This document shows, in pieces, positions 56,446 through 64,000 of a DNA stretch of 64,000 bases. The position numbers and the translations under genes were made by a program. How positions within the stretch are numbered: position 1 is the stretch's first letter; each line of letters starts with the position of its first letter. The stretch covers positions 1 through 64,000 of the forward strand of contig BK006947.3 in NCBI GenBank assembly GCA_000146045.2, given 5' to 3'. This DNA comes from TPA_inf: Saccharomyces (Eukaryota). The notes below the pieces were generated by a model. The model ran no database searches. It had not been told where the DNA came from and saw nothing but the letters and a program-made list of their open reading frames with translations.

Positions 56446-57573
56446 TTATTCAGCAACTTTCGTAGGTTTAATTTTATCAGCAAATTCACCCAGAATTTGT
56501 AACTCAAAATCATTAAAATCAAACAAATTTGGTAGCTTGATTGGTTCAGTGAAACCTCTTGGTAAGAAAGTGTCATCATTCCTTAATTCATTAAAGAACT
56601 GATGGGCAAGGATTCTTCTTGGAGACAGTCTTTGTTGTGGTTCGTAGACCAATATTTTCATCAAAAGATCGATACCATCTGGACCGGAATGGCCAAAATA
56701 CTTCTCAAACCTCTGTTGCGAAGAGCCCGAGAACAGTGGTTTGGAAAATAGAGGGCCATCGTAGGCCGGATTCGAAAAGAAAATGAATCTTTTATCGGGA
56801 GGACCTAACAATTTAGCAATTTCCCTTAGCTGTAGAAGGGGTTCTTGACCTTGAAATATGGCTTTGCCGATAAGCATCTCGCCCATGACACAACCAAGCC
56901 CCCATATATCGATCTGGGTGGTATATTGGGTACAACCAATGATCAATTCAGGCGCTCTATAAAATCTTGAACAGATGTAACTAATTGAAGGCTGGTTATG
57001 TTCCAATTTTTTGGCAGACCCAAAATCGCAGATTTTCAAGACACCGGTTTCCGGGTCTACAAGAACATTGGATGGTTTGATATCACGATGACAAACGCCA
57101 AGACCGTGTAAATAAAGCATCCCGCGGGCAATCTGATAAGTGTATAGCCTGATATGTTTTAATGGCATTTCTAGCTTGTTTGTCACATAACGATTAATCT
57201 CGATTTGTAGAGTTTCTGGTAAGCATTCCATGGCAAGGTGTTGATAAACTTTATTATCTTGCGGGGACAAATGAGTAAAGAAATACTGCAATTTAACGAT
57301 ATTTGGATGGTCGGCAATCCTCAGAATCTGTAATTCCCTGGACTTGTACTCGGTATGAGCAGGGACTTTTTTAATTGCAAAGGGGCCCAACCAGTTTTTC
57401 TTATCCTGGGTTAAATATGCTTGTACAACAGTCCCAAAGGCACCTCTACCGATTTTCCTGTACTCTTTCACCAGCATCCGCCTCGTGTTGTTCGATTTAT
57501 TCGAGGTTACATCGTCTGCAATGAATTCAGATCCCCTTTGCAGAGGAACACCATTCTGCTCTTCCGTAGACAT
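56446..57573 (-). CDS. MCK1: GSK-3 family dual-specificity kinase MCK1 (YNL307C), 375 aa
   Basis: It carries kinase motifs GRGAFGTV, HRDIKPSNVL, DFGSAK and an activation-loop Tyr. Confidence 0.95.
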   Translation of the reverse strand: MSTEEQNGVPLQRGSEFIADDVTSNKSNNTRRMLVKEYRKIGRGAFGTVVQAYLTQDKKNWLGPFAIKKVPAHTEYKSRELQILRIADHPNIVKLQYFFTHLSPQDNKVYQHLAMECLPETLQIEINRYVTNKLEMPLKHIRLYTYQIARGMLYLHGLGVCHRDIKPSNVLVDPETGVLKICDFGSAKKLEHNQPSISYICSRFYRAPELIIGCTQYTTQIDIWGLGCVMGEMLIGKAIFQGQEPLLQLREIAKLLGPPDKRFIFFSNPAYDGPLFSKPLFSGSSQQRFEKYFGHSGPDGIDLLMKILVYEPQQRLSPRRILAHQFFNELRNDDTFLPRGFTEPIKLPNLFDFNDFELQILGEFADKIKPTKVAE

Positions 57574-58145
57574 ATGTACTAGAATGTGATGGAGTGGGGG
57601 TTTCGGAAAATAAAAAGAAAATTGAAAGATGAAGCAAAGAACTCTGTAGTCTTGGGCTTAACTCCTATCAATAAACACGTTACGGGCCTGCCCACACTAC
57701 TAACACGACACAATGGCACTCACTTGCGAAATCTATGTCGTTTTCCCTTGGAGGTTACGCCTGCCCTCTTCCGCATATGAAGGTCGCTTTTTTCAGTGTT
57801 GTTTGTGGGTCACTGAACTGTCATTACATACGAACTGAGTGGAAGCAAGAATGCTGCTTTCGAAAGCCACTACAGCTACGTGTGATCATATAATTCCTGC
57901 ATAATATGGCTGCATGCTTTTTAATGATAGCTTCAATTATGATGATAATCACTGAGCTACTAGTATTCCATTATTCAGCCTAAGATTGGAACTTTCTATA
58001 GCAGCGGAGAGTGTTTGTTTCGTACTTCGTGACTGTTTGGCATAATAACGATGAATTGGGAAAGAGGGAAGACAAAATGAGAGTAAATCAGGTGGAAAGC
58101 AGTGGTTCTTCTGAAAAGAAAAAGTGACAGTGTGAACTGTTATAG

Positions 58146-58808
<663 letters not shown>

Positions 58809-58897
58809 TCAGCTCCCACTATGTATGAATTATAAACTATGTAAAAGAAGAAGAAATATATATATATTCGTGTAAATAATTCGATTTTTCCCTTTTT

Positions 58898-59791
58898 TTA
58901 ATTGTCGTCGTTAGAGTTGGCCAAAATCCTTAAAATAGACAAAAACAAATTGACGATGTCCAGGTAAAGCATCATGGCGCATCTAACTTCTTCATCAGGA
59001 TACACTTTCCTAAAAATCAGTTGCGTATCGATGAAAAGATACGCGGTAAATAAAATGGCACCAAGCCAGCCGTAAAGCAGATTAAACTTGGAAGAGTGGG
59101 TATTCCAGCCGAAAAGCAAGGCCGTGAGACCCATTCCGATCATAATCCATAGACCCCAGTTTAACCAATAGTATATTGACGTTGCGGAATTCAGCACGTT
59201 CTCGAATCTCTCTGATAGTGCGGTCAAGGAAACGCCGACTACGACGATGGTGGTGATCAGCAGAGCCGAAAGTACTGTATCCTTATCGTACGCTAAGGTT
59301 ACCAGCGACAGACAGTAAGCCTCGGAAAGAGTGAAAATGGAGAGCAGCGTGAGCTTTTGCTTGTACGAGGACAAGACGTACCAAGGCAGACGCCTTTGCT
59401 CTTGTGCCGGCTCTTCGCTGCTGCCCGTGAGCAACGGTTCGGGAACACTGGCCTCGTAGTCTTCGGGACGAGGACTTACTGCCAGCCAAATGCACGATAC
59501 TAGCGATACCACCATGCAGATGTAGAAGAGGGCGATATGCGACATGATAAAGTTCTGCAAAGAAGTGGAAACGCTAGCCCAGTAGCAGAACGACAAACTG
59601 GCCAGTAACTGGCATGACAGCAGAGAGTAAACCTTGTGCATAAACCGCTGGCGAATGATGGGTTCGCACGAGATAACCACCGTGGAATATTTAAAGTCTT
59701 CCGGGATGAAAGCGTTTCCATCCTGGCTGCTCGCAGGCTGGCCGTAAAGATGTGAGCTTTGCTCTTCGTAAGGAGGTGGAGGACCTGACAT
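58898..59791 (-). CDS. BXI1: Bax-inhibitor-1 family membrane protein BXI1 (YNL305C), 297 aa
   Basis: MSGPPPPYEEQ..., with seven TM segments. Confidence 0.9.
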   Translation of the reverse strand: MSGPPPPYEEQSSHLYGQPASSQDGNAFIPEDFKYSTVVISCEPIIRQRFMHKVYSLLSCQLLASLSFCYWASVSTSLQNFIMSHIALFYICMVVSLVSCIWLAVSPRPEDYEASVPEPLLTGSSEEPAQEQRRLPWYVLSSYKQKLTLLSIFTLSEAYCLSLVTLAYDKDTVLSALLITTIVVVGVSLTALSERFENVLNSATSIYYWLNWGLWIMIGMGLTALLFGWNTHSSKFNLLYGWLGAILFTAYLFIDTQLIFRKVYPDEEVRCAMMLYLDIVNLFLSILRILANSNDDN

Positions 59792-60296
59792 ATTAACTTG
59801 ATTCTATATCCTTTTATTTGCTGTTGCTCTTGAAATATTGTCAAGAGTAAGATGAGTGTTATAGCTGATTCTTTTCTTTATCCCGGAAAGATCCTTATTA
59901 TAGCCTCAAAAGGGGAGCGGCCGGGTACCCTGGTTGCGTTGCCGCCCCAATCTGCCATAGGCCCACCCATAAGAGTTTAGAAATGAATTATTCCTGGGCC
60001 AATGCTGCGATCACGAAAATTATCAACATCTTGATAAATTAATAGCAAGTTGGACTAACTTACAGGTTTTCTCGTGAGGGAAGTGGAAGAGAAAGAAGAA
60101 AGGAGCGTATGCAACTGCCCTTGGCAGCCGCCCATCGTCACTCATGGCCGTTACGCGCCGCGGCCGAAACACGCCAAATGCTATGTACATAACGGAAATG
60201 CTAATACGTAACAATATAATAATATAAAGCTTTCATAAGTCTTGGCACTGGCACTTGCATCAGCATCTCGTATATTAGATACATCATCAAGTCCAT

Positions 60297-61550
60297 ATGT
60301 CCCAGAGAAAGCGATACTCATTGAACGTCGTCACGTCCCCGTCGATACCGTCACCGACACCCAGTGCACCGATACGGACTAACGAATCCAATTGGGAAGC
60401 TGCTTCGCCAGCGAGTGCTGCATCTTCATTTCTCCCGAATGTTCATCATGGTGGCACGGTTTTGAATCCTGGGTTGGGCATAATGAGGTCACCTTCGTTG
60501 AACAAGTCTGGTGCGTTTGGCCGGTCCGGCAGCAGTGGTTCCAGTACAGTAATAGAACCGTCCAACATAAAGTTGCTGCTAATTGGAGATGCAAACGTAG
60601 GGAAGACAGCTATGATTTTGAGCTATTGCCGGGAACTGTTGACACGAGCGGAAATGTCACGATCGGCGCGACTGAGGCACCAGCAGCAGCAACAGCATAA
60701 AGACTTAGGATTGAAGAAAACTGTGGTGAACCATAGATTAAGCATGAAAGAGAAAAGAAAACGGTACAGCTCTAACGATTTTGAAAAGGAGTTCAAAGAT
60801 ATTAATCATTTTGCAGACGAAACAAGCGATTTCGGAAACCCGAACATCGGTGATGATAACAACCACGAAATGGCGGATCCTAATGAGATTGTCATCGAAA
60901 CCAGAAGTACTATCGGAATAGACATCAAGACGAACTTGGTCAACATAGATAACCGGTTTTTTAATGTCATACTGTGGGACACTGCGGGACAAGAACGGTA
61001 CCAAAACGCAATCATTCCATCACTGTACAAGAAGACTAATGCGGTGATATTAACTTACGATATAACAAATGCGAAGTCCTTCCAAAGCTGTATGGAGCGG
61101 TGGATAGTTCAGGCGTTGGAAAACTTTTCTTCCCAGGATTTGTTAAAAGCAAGATTTTTTCTGGTGGGTAACAAGATTGACCTTTATAAGGAAAGGCAGG
61201 TAACCCATTATGATGTGGTGCAAATGGTTCAGGAAATGCAACTGAAACATGGTATTAAAATTTCGGGAAACTTTGAAGTAAGCTGTAAATGGGTCAACGT
61301 GGTGGAGAGAACCATGAATATGATAATACTAGACCTGGTTGAGAACGGATGTTTCGAAAACAATGATCCTTGTGTGTCGATTACAACATCTGACGACGTC
61401 CAGGGACATGAGCAAGAATTCCACGATACAGTAGAAGAGCCTTTCAATTTCACTCGGCAACGTCAACACCAACTTGAAAAAAATAACACAGTGGATATTA
61501 CAAAACCTAATGACGACATTGCAAATAATCAATCAATTTGTTGCGTTTAG
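60297..61550 (+). CDS. YPT11: Rab-family GTPase YPT11 (YNL304W), 417 aa
   Basis: It has a long N-terminal extension followed by G-motifs [20 protein letters not shown] and a C-terminal CC(V) prenylation motif. Confidence 0.9.
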
Positions 61551-61957
61551 TCTTCGACAAATTATACAACAAGATTCGCAGGCAGCCATTGTCCAATACG
61601 CCAATGTCATTATATGTACCAATATAGACGCATTATACAATCCTACAATTTATATCATTGTAAAATTATTTACTACCACTTATTCTTCAATGGTGTTTTT
61701 AATGTTTTGTAGAGGAAAACTTAAAAGTTGTCATTTTTATTCAGATCGCAATCCATGGTTTGACACATTCTATCTTAAAAAAACAAAATCTATTTATTTT
61801 GGTTTCGGCTATATTGATGATGATGAATGTACATATAAAATGGCAAAATTTAAATAAATAAATTATTTAAAATCAATTTTGTTTGAGTTAAACGATAATA
61901 CTATAGTATAATGATAATATTAATAAAAATCTTAGCTTTTTATTTTTAACAACTCGC

Positions 61958-62942
61958 TTATTCGTCTTCTTCCAAAGTTTGAGCGGCAATACGATCCAAA
62001 TCTCTTTGACCGTTTTCAGAGATTCTTCTACCACCCTTTGGAGAGATTTCGACAATACCGATTTTTTCCAAAGCTTGCAAGACCTTTCTGTTGATAGAAC
62101 CGGAAGCATCAATGTGCTTGTATGGTCTGACACCTCTGCTCTTGGCACCACCGTACAATTTGTTCAACTTACCAACACCGACTTGCTTTCTCATGTAAAT
62201 GTGTCTAGCAACGGAGGCAGCACGCTTGTAGAACCAACCTTCAGCGTCTTGTGGTGGCATTTCATTACCAGAAGAGGTCTTGACAATGTCAACGTAACCT
62301 GGGACTTCTAATTTACCTTGTCTTTGCAAGAAAGAAGCGTAAGCATTGATGAAATCTTGAGCTGCAACGTCTCTAATTGAAAAAATGCACAATTGAAATG
62401 CTTTTGTTAGTAAAAAGTTTTCTCGTAAAAATAGAATATGGAATGCTCAGTGAAATGTTTATTGAGACAACTTCTTGGTGCGGCAGTATCGTGGTCTCGG
62501 GTTGTTGCTTAAATTAACGGCATAAAAATCGCTTTTCATTGCTTTTGCATTACCACGGTTACAGATTTCCTTCCAACTTAAACGTCTTGGTTCAGGTTCT
62601 CCTATTTCATTAGAAAACATCCCACCTAGTTAAAACCTCCTATCAATCAATTCCAATAAATAAATGATTACCTCTTCGTCTGAGAACTTCATTTTGTATA
62701 GTTGGCTCAAAATATTCTCTCCACAATTACAGCAATTATATCATAATAGTTTAACTCATTCGTTCGGTAAATGCACAGTAAAGATGAACTTCAATTTATC
62801 AGGTAATGGGAAATTCTGCACTAAATCCTTTTTCTCAATCCCATATGTTTTCATCTCGTTGTTTTCCACCTAATATCCATTCATTCTCTAAATACTCATT
62901 CAATGAGTGAAAGTTATACGTACCTAACGGAAACACCTGCCA
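61958..62942 (-). CDS. RPS19B: Ribosomal protein eS19, RPS19B (YNL302C), a spliced gene, 144 aa
   Basis: Exon 1 is 62942..62923 (ATGGCAGGTGTTTCCGTTAG). The intron is 62922..62373 (550 nt), with 5'SS GTACGT, branch point TACTAAC (revcomp at 62406-62412) and 3'SS TAG. Exon 2 is 62372..61958. The spliced protein is MAGVSVRDVAAQDFINAYASFLQRQGKLEVPGY... Confidence 0.9.
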
Positions 62943-63569
62943 TCTTTATTATCTTTGGTTCTATACCTTTGTTGTCAATATTCACAAAAATCCCACTTTA
63001 AAATTTCATTAGTCCATTTTAACGATTGTATCTTCACTAATGTTCGCTTATTGAAATGGGCACACCAACCGCGTTACGGGTGGCTCCCAGGGAGCCGTAA
63101 ACTGGAGATCTCAATACAGTAGAAAGAACAGCAATGTGCAAAACCTCACCAAACACCAGGGCTTGTCACTAGAGCTCCGTCCTGCTGGGCTCAAACGCGC
63201 CTAATTTATTCAGGGAGAACGGACGGACGTAGACGCGATTTTTTTGTCAAAGCACAAAAAGCTGACATCAGGAAGAAAATCAATAGTGCACCAAAGGTAT
63301 ATGGTGTGGGTTGCTAAAATGTTCGGATGTAAAGTAGTATTGAAAAAAAATGGGAAAAGTGTGTGAATGATAGTTTGTAGGTTTATGCATAGGGCGGAAT
63401 AGCTGACTTGATACTGAACTGATAGGTTTAGATTATGAAGTTATTATACATGTATATATTGTAGTCAGTCATATGGTATGGAAAAATCCCTCTTTCCCAA
63501 CCTAATATACACTGAAACAAGGAAAAAGGAACAAAGAAGAAAAATTGTAAGGTTTCAAACCATACTAGA

Positions 63570-64000
<431 letters not shown>

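Noticed and set aside
61474-61857. ORF 61474-61857 (+) overlapping the YPT11 3' end
   Set aside because: It is AT-rich 3'-UTR sequence (dubious YNL303W).

Overview
I recognise this window as the left end of Saccharomyces cerevisiae chromosome XIV (TEL14L to RPL18B). Gene order, protein sequences and even the coordinates (YRF1-6 stop at 371, COS1 at 8330) match what I remember of the S288C reference, so window coordinates appear to equal chromosome coordinates. Layout: a Y' element carrying the intron-containing YRF1-6 helicase (1-~6600), an interstitial C1-3A tract, then X-element repeats and core (to ~7428). After that comes the subtelomeric COS1, then the duplicated vitamin B6/B1 block DDI3-SNO2-SNZ2-THI12-AAD14. 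The unique chromosome arm follows: RPD3, PEX6, MDJ2, EGT2, PFA3, FIG4, LEM3, KRE1, VNX1, YNL320W, HXT14, PFS2, PHA2, ATP11, DAL82, EMW1, RFA2 (7-nt first exon), SKP2, ZIM17, STB1, KRI1, MCK1, MRPS18, BXI1, YPT11, RPS19B (intron) and the 3' part of RPL18B. The supplied ORF track translates TTG/GTG/CTG starts as M. Several track ORFs therefore begin upstream of the real ATG, and I corrected the starts from the sequence. No prokaryotic-style systems (CRISPR, operons) are present. The most unexpected item is a short degenerate VOC/glyoxalase-fold-like reading frame with no ATG, lying between COS1 and DDI3. I could not find it in my memory of the annotation.
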